Source of the DNA: Balanoglossus misakiensis
Lineage: Eukaryota; Animalia; Hemichordata
Length of the DNA stretch: 64,000 bases
Direction of reading: 5' to 3'
NCBI GenBank assembly: GCA_040954595.2
Contig: CM082580.2
Location: 11,050,909-11,114,908 of the forward strand
The notes under the pieces were generated by a model. That model saw nothing but the letters and a program-made list of their open reading frames with translations, was not told where the DNA came from and ran no database searches. Each line of letters begins with the position of its first letter. The stretch's first letter is position 1. Below, piece by piece: positions 11,301 to 24,200 of this stretch. The position numbers were made by a program, and so were the translations under genes.

Positions 11301-14300
11301 AAGACAGCCGTCTGTTTGTACAAAGACAATTTGTTTGTTCTTCAGACTGTAAAAAATACTGACGCCAAATGTTGCGTAGGCCTAGTTCAAGAAAAAAATG
11401 CTTGGAAATGCAAGTAAATCGCACCAGACCCATTTCGTCTTAAACGTCACAATCGCAGGAAATATCAATTAAACAGTAAATTGTGTCAGACAACTCGCCG
11501 CCTAGTTGATAGCTTCACCACACCGCTCTGCTGCATAGTGTGTCATTGGCAACGTTTGAATACGTCATCCAAAATCACCTGGCATCATTTAGGTTTTTTC
11601 TCAAGAGCAGCCAACCTACCGAACGTATGTGCACCGCATTTCGTTCTATAAAAAGAACCGCGTTGGAGACAGGTCAAGTCGAGATCAAAGGGTAACAGAT
11701 CGAATCACCAGTGAACAGCTCGGTGGTGTGTCATTCCAATATAGCAATACACACAGAATCAGCATCAAGGAGAGGAGACGGAGATCGATAGTGTGGATAA
11801 GAAGAGATGTGTTGGCTCTCCCATGCGATACAATTACACTCATGTAAATTTGCCAACGTGGCGCGAAAGCACAGAAGTTCCCCAAGACTGAATAACGCCC
11901 ATTCAACAACATGCACTGGAGTGCACGAGGTGATCGCACGAGGAATACACGTCATCAGCAAACGCAGCAAATCTGTGTCCATGCTCGCCCTCGATACTGA
12001 CATTTAAATTAAGGTCAACCACCATCGCACCAAGTACATCACATCGTATAATGGGTAAATCTTCTCTAAGGCAAAAAAAAGTTGTTCCTGGAAGCAACGC
12101 GTCGACACTCATGAATGCTATGTCAGGTCGGTTGAGACTTGAATATGCCATAAAAATCGTGTTTAGATTTAAAACAAATTCTTCCAAAAAATGTTTTCGT
12201 AACCCCCAAGACGTCCACCCCAAAACCTATAACCGGGGTTAAAAATCATAAAATGTGCAGAAATGTGTCCATACAACTAGTCACTGAAAAATTTCTGTGA
12301 CTTGATACGCCAACTTCTAAGCTGTTACAGATCTCTAATCAGAGGTAGACACGTTAAGAGAGTGAGATCTATTTGGCCACGGTTGGGATTTCCTGAAATT
12401 ATCGCTGAAGCAAACTAATTCCCACTGGCACTGCGTGATAAAGAAGTACCAAAGATCCGACCTTTAAATGTAGAAACGTGACAGTCTCGACTCGACAAGT
12501 TGTAGTTATTATTTAATTTGCGATCTAAAGGTACCCGAGGAACGAAATTAAAGGTTAAACGTTTGACGAAGAGACAGTAAAAAGCAAGGTGTTGATGAAC
12601 AAACAGGGCGTGAAAATGTCAAACAGGTGAAGTTGCTATCTGTACATTGTACTCGAAGGTGTTGATGAAATATTCATTCGCGCATGCCATATTAGGAAAC
12701 ACTGCGTGATCGGTTAGATATGAAGAAATAATGTAAATCTCACACCCCTAAGACCTGGGATTTAGATGTCTCACACGATTGAGTTGGGGATATTTTGTCT
12801 CACGTGAACCGCAGGCTGCGAGTGTGAGGCAAAGTATCTGTCAGACGATCACAAAATGTGTTAAATTCGCACTCGACACATTTCGCGACTGCATGACTGT
12901 CGTCTGTATTTCCTATTCATGCACCCTGCACACGCCGCGCCTTTGGATGACACTTCACGCGCGTTCATTAACCCGCTCTCGCGTCATGTTTAAATACTAA
13001 ACGCTCTCCGGGAGGCGAGACGGTGGGATCGGTTTGGTCACACACCGTCAATCTCACACCCCCATCGGCAAGGAATCCCTCACTCCTGCCGTAACATCAA
13101 AACGTGTGTATATACCAACACATGCACACGCACACACATATGTGTGTGTACATGTGTTTGTTGACCAACTGTTGCCTTACCTCGTCGGAATTCCCTAGAA
13201 TGGTGGGATTTTCAGCCACTATGCCAAACCACAGGATCCAAGAGATTCCGTTGAAGATGAAGGAGAAAAACAGATTCTTGTGTAATGTAATACGAGGACA
13301 TGATAAATTTCTGAAAAAAGAATAAGGAGACATTTATCAGAGGCTGTGGTGTGTAGCGTTCAATATGTCACTAAGTTGTATTTGGAAGACGATGTGATAA
13401 TTGTGAATTCAACTTACTTGAAGTAGAAGAAGATTACTAGGGATATGCTCAGACTCACTATGGAGCAGCTGTATCCCACATACCACACTATAAGACCGCC
13501 CAATGGCTCCTGAAATTAAAAGAAACAAATATAAATTGGCAAAACCACTCATACAGGAGGGGGGGGGGACTGCACTTTCTGTTCAAAACAGACGACGGCA
13601 TTTTTTAGTATATATTCATTCAACGACAATAAATTCAATATTGGAAACAGCTGCAAAAACATCAGAATTTAAAAGCAACCTCGAGTGCTTGCACTGCAAC
13701 TTATAAAAATCGAACGTTTCTTTCCAGAAACCCTCAGAATCCACAGAACTCGGAAAATGTCAAAATCCTCGAAGGATGTGTACTTTTTTCTTCTGGGAAA
13801 TTTGCCAAATGCCCGGCAACAATTATTGTGCAAGGCTGAATGATGAGAATGTAATAAAAACAGCCCCTTGTTAGAAACCACACTATCGATTGTGAAGCCA
13901 TTCAATTTAGCTGCAGAAGATGAGTTACAATAAAAGGCGAAACTTTAAACAGATATCATTTTCGTTTTATGATATATGGCCCATTGCTAAATGGGGTACC
14001 AAAATCACAGACCCATCCAAATTGATTACTTTAATGCAAGGATACAACATATAAAAATATTCTTACAGGAATCGCAATTTTCTGCTACAATAAAATAATC
14101 GGCAAGTATACATGTACTAGTATTATTTGCGGTACAATCACTTGCAGGTAGTGCAATCTAAATTCATATGTAAATGAGACTGTTGTCGTTCCCTTCAAGT
14201 TGATGAATATTGTGGACTTCACGAGGAGTGATTTTGATATCACCACAGTCACGTGGTATCATGTAGCCAATTGTTTCTTGTTTACAAGTAGTAACAATGC

Positions 14301-17300
14301 CCTTTCTTTGCAGAGGTGTCAAAGACGTCATGCAACGATTACATAGCTCACGTGTGAAGAAGTTTGACTGCCACGTGAAGAAAGATTCAAGCTCATGGAT
14401 ATACGCGGCAAACGCCCCGGGATATGAAAATGTTAATTGACGTTAAAAACATTTCATTTTCAACCATAAGTGCCGCAGGACACTGAAACTTTCAGCACCC
14501 TATACTCAAGCAGGATACCTGTCAAAAGCAATTAAAATTTTATGAACGGTCCAATTATTGCAATCAATACGATTATCTAAATGACATCGCTATGGGATAA
14601 TTGGTGGTAATACATGTTTAAAAATAACAGATTTACACATGCGGCAATCCCAATCATTTAATGATCGATACATCTTTAGAATTTAACTGACGATGTCCAC
14701 ATTTGCAAATTGATTCACGTCCACGTAGTTGATCAGTGCCATCTTGAGCCACCGTGAAAAATGCCTTACCTCGTATTCTGGAACAGCCTCGCATAATGTG
14801 TAATTTGACCACGTTTTATTTGTCTCCGGATGAACGAACCATGTACCATCTGGCATGCAAACCTTATGTGCCAGTTCTATAGGAGAAAGAAAAAGTGCAA
14901 TCATAAGATCGGGAACCATACATACGATTTGGCGGTACTTGTACGCATAAACTACTGCAAAACTGACGGACACCATGTGGACCACATGATGCAACATGCA
15001 AATTGCGAGTAGCACGATGTTTACTGGTCGACCGCATTGGATTGGCTTGCAAACTGAATATGTTCTTTACAATAGTACATATATTTCTGCCAACACTTTA
15101 GCGATCCTCGCAGGGATTGTGAGCACAGGACATAAATTGAACGTGAAAGAATCCAATATAAAAGTCCCAATTATAGCCTTTATCTGGTTGCACTAAAAGT
15201 ACATTATCCAAAGACTGGGGCATACTCTACTAACGGAATTACAGCGTTGAGCCTAATGATCCACGAAGAACTTAACCCAATTTCTCAGGGTGAAGATATA
15301 TGTAGAAACCCCAAAAAGTACAAATTTTGGTTGTAAAAATACACTGATTGCCAAAATTAGCTTGTGAGTCTGACAGAGATAGGGGTATACTCGTCTGTGA
15401 TGCAATGTGGTTCAAAATCCAAGCGAGTTTCTTAAAATCGGTCTATTCCAGCTAATATAGATGGTGAATAGATTTGTATATTCATGGCTAAAATTGACTG
15501 TGGGTGCAGTGGTTTTACATCAGCCATTGGTGATACGAGACATCTTTTTGAATACTTTTGCCTAATTCATATACTATCAAATGTGACAATAGGGAGTACG
15601 GGGAAGCACAGAGTAGCTTCACGACGATGCCCATGCAGACAACGCGACATTCTGGGAGTCACACACCTCGCTCCCCTTCCCTATCAATCTTATTGGAATT
15701 CCGTCAGAATTCACTTTGGGGAATTTCTGCTAGTCAACCTCATACTCGAATGACCAAAAACATCTTCCGGAAGTTGCCAGTTCAATTACACGGGATCATC
15801 GTGTTCGAACAACAGGAGACCAAACGGAGGCATTTGTTTTAGATCATTATCTGGAAGTATTGAACCCAAGGGGCTGATACACTTTATTGCACCGCGGAGG
15901 AGAACACCTCTAAGCCTTGCCTATAACGGGTTACCTATTCTCTTTAACAAGGCATTAGTGATATATTACTCTCGGTGTAACTCCGCATGCTCATATCTCA
16001 TAAATGGCTGAACTCGATTGCATAAATAAAACGTGGTAATCATTAGCGGATTAATTCCTAGGAATAATATTTTCTGTGCTTTAGGCCTACGTACCGCTAT
16101 ACCTGCATGTTTAAATGTTTCGTATCGACGAAAAGCTGGATTCTCCGACACGTTTGTAGCAACGAGAACACAATGGTAAACATACAATTTGGTACTCGTG
16201 GCGTAAATGGTTTAATTGCGTTGATTTTAACTCAGTGTCTGAACGTACAGAGTGACACCGTGCAAATGTAACATCAGCAAAAGTCTGTACGACAAGCAAG
16301 TTGAGGGGTGTGGACGTTTTATGGCACACACCCGCACTGTGATGATTAATTTGATCACAGTGATTTGTTGCAGTCAAAGGGATATAGGCAATCGATTTGT
16401 CTGGTCAGTGAGAACCGATCGTTAAGATAAGATTGTCCCCTAAGAGATCACGTCCCCTGAAAGTGAATGCCTGTGATCATTCGTTTCGGGATAAAGTGAG
16501 CCAGTTTTCACGATTCTACAGATTCTCGAGCTTGAATATTTAGTCCTGTTCTCTCCAAAATTTGTGCAGAGGATCATACTAAATAAAGACAGATAAAGAC
16601 AGATACGCTGAAGTCCTCTCCAAACTTTAAGTCTAGAATACATTAATTTTTATCAAGCAAAAACGTATACTTTGTACATACGTCCACTCTAAAGTTACAT
16701 TCGCAGTGTGTTTGGTTTCATTCAAGTGACTTGCGACGCAAAAGCAAAACCTGACGTTGTCATAGTGACTGTACAGAAAGTTAGCAAGTAATGGATTGTG
16801 CCATACTCTAATGCAATCTCACCGTGTCGAATATGCATACTCATTATCGACCAGATGAAATTCAAGATGGAATTCAAACCAAACATTATTGAAAATGCCG
16901 GACTTTGCCTTACCTTGATAATATAAATAACCCTAGGCTGGAATTTACGCACATTGTCAGCATTATTTTCCTTAGCATTTTTCGCATACGGTGTTGATAA
17001 TTTATTGCCATAAATGTCGACATTTTAATGCCGGCATTTAAAAAGCCCCAATGTCAGACGGGGGCACAATTTGCGTGCATTCACACCTTCTTGTGCCGGC
17101 ATCACGCTGAACGTGTACGAAAGATATGCTGAGATTGTGCTCGTGAACGTACAATTAAAGAGCACAGCATCGATGCGTTCAAACATGCATTTCCTTCAAC
17201 AGTTTCCTTGTTTTCTTTGATACCTCACAAGTAAACGCTACTTTTTGACCTTCCGCCGACTCGTCGCAATAAAATTGAAATTGGATTGAGATGCATTTGG

Positions 17301-20300
17301 ACAGCTGGCCCCGATGCCTCGTTGGGATTTTATTACAATCGTAACGTTACTTACTCGTGGGATCGGATCCTGTTATAAAATTAGGACAGTTAATGTGGGC
17401 AATTTCCCCTGCCCTGGTATCATTCCAACACCCCCATCCATCAAACGTCCGGTTGCAGTACAATCCTGGGAAGAAAGGCAACAAGAAACAAACACATTTA
17501 CAAAGAACTAAAGGTTAAACGATCATGCGGCATGGGCGTAAATGAATGCATTTCATCAAAGAAAAAAATCCTCAACACTGCCGTTGTCAACTGAATGAAG
17601 GAACGGATATCATTAAACACCTACACGGCCCCCAGAAAACGTCCACCAACGTTTGGGTAAAAAAGCCCACGAATATTCAGCCACTGCCATGTTTCGTTGC
17701 AAACGTCCACGGCTGGCATCCGCCATCTGTCAGCCCCTATGTTCACAGATTAATGGCATACCATGGACTCCCGTCTAATTTCAACTCATTAAAACCGACC
17801 GGCCTAATAAGGTATTGTGATTTATGCCTGCCAGGGATCATTTCTGGGTGGACGTGTACGGGAAAACATGAAATAATTGCGAAATAAATTGGAAACATGT
17901 TTTGCGACATTTGCCTTCACGACAACCGGGCTAATCGAGGTTACGGCACGTGTACTGCTCCTAGGATTTCTTAGTCTGTGGGACACAAACATCATATTAA
18001 TTTCAGTTTAATACTCGATGGGGCTTGAAATTTTATGGTCTATCGTACTTGGATTACCGTTTTAGGCGTCGTGCCTGGATTACTGTAGTACCGTCTGGAT
18101 TTACAGTAAAACTTGAATATAATATAAGTTAGCTGTTGAAGGCACCTTTGCGAACAACAATAGTTCCAGGTGTCCGTGTCTTAACAGATAGGGATATGTC
18201 TATTTATCTTGGCTTAAACTTGAATATGCTACATGTACAAGAACGTGAGAATAATCAACACCTTATAGAACGGATCAAATGGCAGATTCATGGGTTAAAA
18301 TAGAATAACTAATTAAAGCTGCGACTGATTAATATTTGCCCATTTGAAAATTTCACTGCTTTGTTCTTTTTGTGTTTATTGGGGTGTGGGACGTCATAAT
18401 CAAAAGAGAAGCTTTTTGGGGAATGGGGGTGGGGATATATCATTCCGGGTTTAGTACTGTCTTTGTGTCTGTCTCAAAGTCCACTTTGCAAGGACTTGTG
18501 TATTGGAGTCAAAGATCTGTGAGAACCCTTGCATCAGTTGTGCCACGATGATTTATTACTGATTGAATGGAAACGAACTTCCTTAATCCATGCATTAAAT
18601 TAATGGCGATTTTCGCTTTTTGAACAAACATTGTTGCGAGTCACGTGAAAGGCCGGGGTACGAATGTGTTTCGAGAAAAATGGAAAAATAATGAAAATGC
18701 AGAAGGCCACAAATAATATAACAAACGAGCCAAAACAATCAGAAATATAGAAGATGACGTCCTTTTATCGACACCCTCGATCAATTTCATACTATCTATT
18801 ATACTAAGTGAATGCCACGCGGGGGTTGTTTTGTTTCGGATAGGCTAGAATGACACCTTATACAACTGAACGTATCACCTTTTCAACCAAGTAGTTTGTA
18901 CTTCAATGTTTTAATGGTGTCTCTAGAGAAGAAAAAAACGTGTCCGCTGTATGACACACGCACACGCATGAATTTGTTTAATTGATTCACCAATATAGGA
19001 CGCTGATATTTTACCCTTGAAGGATATAAAAGCGTAAGCAATGTTGAGATGTTCAGTTTTTGACCATAAATCGTTTGAAATCTGACTTCGTGGACAGTTT
19101 TCGCACTATTCTGTAGTCGCCAGTGGTTGTTCCTGGCGTTTTTTCGGTTAATATTTGACAAACGGGTAAAATAAAACATGTTTTCTATCACATATGGCCT
19201 GAAGAAATAGGACAGAAAGACGACAATATCTGGTTGTCATGTACATTTTGTTGTTATTTTCTCACTCTGGAGATAGGCGAAAACAGAATGTTGAGTTCAG
19301 GGCTTTGACCTACATCATGCAGGCTCTACCGTGAACAGACAATTCTTTGCACACGCTAGGAAAAGGGATGAACTTTTTTGGTGTCAGAATCAGTGAAGCT
19401 AACGTTGCAATCAAAATGTTAAGAGATTTACCTCCATCCGACGGGTATGGATCGGTCATCATACTCTCGAAGCAGAGACTCCTCTGGTCCGCCAACATTT
19501 CCCTCTGCCGAGGCGTTAACGTGACGAAAGTGTCTCCCCAACAGAAGCCCTAAAACAACAGGAGATACAATACGCCATTAATGGTTGTCTCTTAACGCCG
19601 TGCTGCTGCATCGCGGGCGTTCTTCAATCACACGGTGTTCCATCGACAGCCTGTAAACCATGCGAAAGAGAGAGAGAGAGAAAACAAACCAAGGCTGCAT
19701 GCTACAGCCGTACACCTGTTTCAGGCTTCTCCGAGACTTGACACTGCGTGTGGAAATGTAATACCATTTGAAAATTCTCCCGTTCTGATGTTGCCATTTC
19801 GAAATTTCCATGTGTTGATCGTTCATGCACCGTACCGTGATACACTGGGTGACAATGAGTATTTTAATTGACGGCAGTTGCTTAAAACTTGGCATCCTGC
19901 ATGCATCGGTTTGACGGCAGCGAGCCTTTCTACGTGCTCGTGTGCAACGACCTGCACCATTTACCGGTGCAAACTACATTGTATATAAAGTGCAAGAGTG
20001 CTTTAATATACGCATGTGCCGATAACTTGTGCTTTTAGTGAAACAAAATGGGTCCCAGCACTTTTGTAAGCATTGGACTCTGAATGGTTCGGGATCCTAA
20101 GATTCTTTCAAGCTGCAGTGGCCATCCATCTGTCAGAACCTGCACATCTTATCTATACTATTGGGACATGTATATCTTCGTGATCTATCGATTATTGTAA
20201 CTAGCGTTCCGCATACTTCAATCACAACTTCTCCCCCACTCCAACTAATAACCCCTTTTTTCTGCAACATACTTCTAATAAGTTTTCAAACGCAAAAGAT

Positions 20301-21217
20301 TTAATTACATTCATAGTATCAAACAGACATTGCTTTTCGTTAAATAGAAACTATTCAGTTTAAATTGAAATATACTGTCGCCTTTACAGGCAACCCACTC
20401 GACCTTTCCAATATGACATTTATGATGCATATGTTTACTCATGTAAATGAGACCTGAGTTTTCGGGCAAAAATCCAATAAGGCTTGATATTAGGGCCGAA
20501 TTTTATTGTTAGTGCCTCGGCTAATCCTGGTAAATATTTACGTGGAGTATTTTTAAAGAGCGTGGAAGCAAAAAATTAGACAGCAACAGGAGTGAACATT
20601 AGTGCATGCTATGTGTGTATTGATTCGGCAAATCGCTTGAGTCTCAAAGAAAGGGGAGGAAGAAAACGCACGTGAAACGAAAAAAGGTGGATGAACAGAC
20701 AGACAGACAGACATACAACAGACAGATCTTGAATGTTTAATAAGATCACGCTAAAGTGTTACCTCTGACCAGGGGGAAACCGTCGTATAAAACTCCCCTC
20801 CGTCGCATAATCCATTTATCTGGATATGGTTTGATTTGGGAAGAAAACGATGGATAAAAAGAGGAAACGGGAAATGATAGAAATACACATGTAAATCTTG
20901 ATTGTTAGCAGAAGGAGAAGAATGTCGCAGTTAGTATTTGAAAAAACAATGCAAGAGACCCGCGTTGATTCGATACAGCGCGGGCAAGATTAAAGTATGT
21001 AACACAGTGATGGGTTTTGTGTGTTAAGTTTGGCATTTAGAATGTTAGGAACTACAATGTTACTGTTACGGTCAGTGACATTGGACAGCAACAGTGGTCA
21101 GTCAGCACGTGCTGCAGACAAGCAAAGCCGCTGCTAATTAAGAGTCCCTTCACTTACCTGAGTCAATAACATGAGCAGGAATATGTACAATCCCTTTGTT
21201 AGGACGTTGGTATTCAT
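2080..21217 (-). CDS. CALCR/CALCRL-like: Calcitonin/CGRP-receptor-like class B1 GPCR (CT/DH31 receptor family), 14 coding exons, about 512 aa: join complement(21158-21217, 20763-20819, 19432-19549, 17355-17465, 14770-14876, 13418-13509, 13181-13310, 8278-8440, 6964-7024, 6625-6688, 6305-6390, 5832-5967, 3946-3987, 2080-2391)
   Basis: Exon lengths sum to 1539 nt with consistent phases and GT-AG introns. Family motifs: [119 protein letters not shown]. Exact orthology cannot be fixed without a phylogeny. Confidence 0.95.
3646..3651 (-). terminator. Candidate intronic polyadenylation signal for the short-tail isoform
   Basis: AATAAA about 160 nt after the read-through stop at 3814, with T-rich sequence (TTTTGTT, TTTTTG) further downstream. 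Confidence 0.4.
3814..3945 (-). CDS. Putative alternative C-terminus by read-through of the exon 13 donor ([43 protein letters not shown])
   Basis: 43 open codons continuing NGE-V, which restores the family NGEV motif. Helix-8-like hydrophobic periodicity and Ser/Thr clusters. Confidence 0.55.
   Translation of the reverse strand, partial: VMDTIYRYIRNFLLAHPLSNSSSSAHAPKKSSAYKPTTSTTSA
3946..3987 (-). CDS. Receptor coding exon 13: TM7 ([14 protein letters not shown])
   Basis: 42-nt phase 0-0 exon typical of class B1 receptors. CAG acceptor, GAG|GTAATG donor. Confidence 0.95.
5832..5967 (-). CDS. Receptor coding exon 12: TM6-ECL3-TM7 start ([14 protein letters not shown]...IAFQ)
   Basis: 136 nt. 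TTTTCAG acceptor, CAG|GTAAAG donor. Confidence 0.96.
6305..6390 (-). CDS. Receptor coding exon 11: TM5-ICL3 ([28 protein letters not shown])
   Basis: 86 nt. TTTTGTCCAG acceptor, CAG|GTAA donor. Confidence 0.96.
6625..6688 (-). CDS. Receptor coding exon 10: ECL2-TM5 ([21 protein letters not shown])
   Basis: 64 nt. TTTTTACAG acceptor, GCG|GTAAGG donor, conserved CW motif. Confidence 0.95.
6964..7024 (-). CDS. Receptor coding exon 9: TM4 second half ([19 protein letters not shown])
   Basis: 61 nt. TTCTTCTTCCAG acceptor, CAG|GTAAGT donor. Phases 1 and 2 fit both neighbours. Not in the ORF track. Confidence 0.93.
8278..8440 (-). CDS. Receptor coding exon 8: TM3-ICL2-TM4 ([54 protein letters not shown])
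   Basis: 163 nt. TTCTCTGCAG acceptor, GGG|GTAAGT donor, class B signature WMLCEG. Confidence 0.97.
13181..13310 (-). CDS. Receptor coding exon 7: ICL1-TM2-ECL1 ([17 protein letters not shown]...GNSDE)
   Basis: 130 nt. TTTTTTCAG acceptor, GAG|GTAAGG donor. Confidence 0.96.
13418..13509 (-). CDS. Receptor coding exon 6: TM1 ([30 protein letters not shown])
   Basis: 92 nt. TTTAATTTCAG acceptor, CAA|GTAAGT donor, GYS..S..SL motif. Not in the ORF track. Confidence 0.95.
14770..14876 (-). CDS. Receptor coding exon 5: ectodomain C-terminal part ([35 protein letters not shown])
   Basis: 107 nt. TTTCTCCTATAG acceptor, GAG|GTAAGG donor, Cys5 and Cys6, C..DG.W motif. Confidence 0.96.
17355..17465 (-). 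CDS. Receptor coding exon 4: ectodomain core ([36 protein letters not shown])
   Basis: 111 nt, phase 1-1. TTCTTCCCAG acceptor, CGA|GTAAGT donor, Cys2-4. Not in the ORF track. Confidence 0.96.
19432..19549 (-). CDS. Receptor coding exon 3: ectodomain N-terminal helix ([39 protein letters not shown])
   Basis: 118 nt. TGTTGTTTTAG acceptor, GAG|GTAAAT donor. Contains Cys1 and is phase-compatible with exon 4. Confidence 0.9.
20763..20819 (-). CDS. Receptor coding exon 2, possibly a cassette ([19 protein letters not shown])
   Basis: 57 nt, phase 0-0, no stops. Long pyrimidine-rich stretch upstream, then CCAG. Donor GAG|GTAACA. Confidence 0.6.
21158..21217 (-). CDS. Receptor coding exon 1: signal peptide ([20 protein letters not shown]). 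The exon begins at 21255 with 38 nt of 5' UTR.
   Basis: AAG-ATG context, in-frame TAA upstream inside the exon, hydrophobic core, CAG|GTAAGT donor. The TTACAG acceptor at 21256-21257 implies upstream non-coding exon(s). Confidence 0.88.
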
Positions 21218-24200
21218 CTTGTCAGCTGCTGTACCGTTCAACTCGAAAGATTATCCTGTAATTAACCGCAAATAGTAGACATCAGGCCACGACTATGCAC
21301 TCTACAAGACTGCGGGTAGTGTGTAAATATTAAAGCACCTCTGCTTGCCGCGTTTTGCAAGCTGGGATCAGAAGGGCGTCATTGTCGTCCGTTAAAAAGC
21401 CACGTTTGTTGGAGTAGTGGAACACCGCGTTGCCGACTCACTAACTGCGGCCCTTGCCTTGTGACAACGCTGATATTTTCTGCAATTGAATAATTCATGT
21501 GTGGCAATCGAAAGTAGTTGTTCCTGCCAGACTGCGCATGCGCGATTTATTGATTTGGTCATGGTAGCGGAAAAAAAACGCTCGATTGTGACATAACTTG
21601 ATCCCGATGCATTATCCTGAAAAAAAATGTCAAATTCCACTGCTGGACATGTCTTATTCTAGAATGAACAAAACCAACTTGGTTTGCAAGCATCGTACTG
21701 GACAAGATGAACTACAGAAAGTAAAATATTCTTTGTATTAAAATGGATGCTGTTTGCAACGACCGGCGGCATTTATTGATTTATCCGATAATCCCTAGTC
21801 GTCCAACTATAGCAGCTTTATTTTCAGTTATTGATTTCCCGCGAAATCCGGGCGTGAATGAAACAGTTTGTCACAACATCAAACATGTTCAAGTCTCTAA
21901 ACCACTGACACGCATTTGGGAAACTAATTTGTGGGTAATTCAGTTTTTTTACGCATTGGAAGCACAGCTGCAGCAATCCGTTTCACCATGCATGCAGCAG
22001 GTGTTTCCGTTTAACAACACATCGGGCAACATATACGTTTCCTCATACATGTATATACGCTTGACAAATGCCCGTACAAAATAAAAACCAACAAACCTCA
22101 CGGATCAGGAAATTGGCTTACTCTTTACCTAACAAAAGGTGTGTGACATGTGTGTAATGCTTAAATGGGCACCGTATGACAACGGTATGTACAATCATAG
22201 GTTTTCCAACAACAACAACAACATTATCGACATCGGCATTCATGTACCTTTCCCAGAGCCTTATTTCGCATTAACAGAACCTTTACAATCTATATTAAAA
22301 AAAACTGAGTATGTGGACTTTACTTTGGTATTGTTAGACTAGAAAAACAATCTCATTATCGGTACTACGTCATACAAATGAATTTAACTTTGAGAGATGT
22401 CGCTTTCAAAGGTTAACATCTCATTCCAAACAGGAACTTACGTAAAGAAATATGATCTCGTTTGGCGTGACCTATTGTCATTTTCATTGAGAGTGTACAC
22501 TAATCCCAAATGCATATGATGTTTTATTCCCGATGAGTACTATTATCGACAAGAAAAATGTTAGTTTTGTTGTACAATATGTAGGCCTATGTGACAAACA
22601 TGAATGTTTGAAATTGCGCAATTTCGGCAAATTTTGAATGAAAAAGTTCAGAGACACTATGCATATAGACGTGGTTTGATCCCATAGCATTCATTTGTGT
22701 GGTGTTGTCAACTGGTTTCTTCAACTACTCTTGTAAGTGTCACTCACTCACATTCGACCAATTAACCCCCCTTACAGAAAACGTGTCTTCGATTCTCACA
22801 CAGCGGATCAATACGGCTTCTTGCCGAGTGGTTGGGTAAACCAACCGCTGCAAACAGAAGATATTGTTCTGGGGCTCGCGGGGGATTTCATGTTGGGCTA
22901 CGGTTATACGGTTAAAGCACGTTGGAGACCACAAACTTTGATGACGCAGAAACAACAATTCATCACAGAAAGAGCTTCCGTTGTAAAAAAAAATCATACG
23001 ACCAAGAAACTTGCGATTAGAAACGTGTTGCCAAGAACCTCACAATCTACTTTACGAGACCGCAATAGTAAGATCGACACTGGCCAGCTTAATGACTAAA
23101 ATACCACCTTAAGGTATTTTTCTTCCTCTAATTATGGTTACCAATGGCAACAGTATTCACCGAACAAGGCAAAACGCAATAAAATGAACACGTGTCACCA
23201 TGGCAGCGCCTCCTATACGATTGCACCCACGCGCGTATTCATTTACGCTATCCAACATGTTGATCTGACTGCATATTAAAGCTCATAAACGTTGCCTTTC
23301 AAATTGTACACAGAAAAAATGAAACAAATTTGAATGATAAACGTAGGTACGTGTAGGCTGTCTTGTCAAATCTATTTTAGTTGCTGTTACTTGGTCTTCA
23401 TGAATAATCTCTAGGGAATTGATTTCCAAGGAAAAGCATATATCTCACTAAACCATCGAGATTAATGTTGTACCAATTAACCAATTTTATCTACAGAAAC
23501 AACAAGTAACCTTATTTGGAGGCTGCAGTCGTGAGACTTTGATGCTAGACTCATCAAATGTCTTGGAGTTGATATCCATTTCCAAATGTGGCATAAATCA
23601 ATCAATGTAAGATTTCAATCACTCCTTTTATAAAATGTAGACATATCTGAATCACAGGTAGAGGTAGCCTGTTCTATACTTCTGCTCTGAAAATATATTA
23701 ATGAAAATGCACAGACCTACATGTTTCGATTCATACAATATCCCTACGTATAAAGTGTCGCTATTCTTACACGTGGATGACCCTATTGAATAGTGCATTT
23801 TATTGGCACCCACTTGAGGTTGTATAGTTGTATAAAACCACTGGTTTAAAAATGAATTCGTCGATAACAAAGTCCTGCTATTGTATTGGTGAAAGTCGAC
23901 AATGTGTCTAGTATTGATGTGCATAACGGCCTCATTTAAATATTGTTATAAATGTGTCATGTACCTTTTACATTCAGTGCATACAGACAATCTTAGCATG
24001 TCTTGGCTTTGATAAGTGATATTAAGCTGTATGCCATGCCCTTAAAACATCCGCGCAACTGAAAGTTTATATGACAATTGAACACAGGAAGCTTGATATA
24101 GGTCAATACAGGGAGTCTTGTGCACAGTGCGTTAAATGTTAATAAGCCAGTGGTTAGTATGCATCGCTCATCAAACCTTTGGCGGACTTCAAATATGTAT

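Noticed and set aside
19550-19652. Upstream alternative acceptor (TC-repeat then TTTACAG) extending exon 3
   Set aside because: In-frame stops block continuity from the signal-peptide exon, so it cannot encode receptor. At most it would give a non-productive splice.
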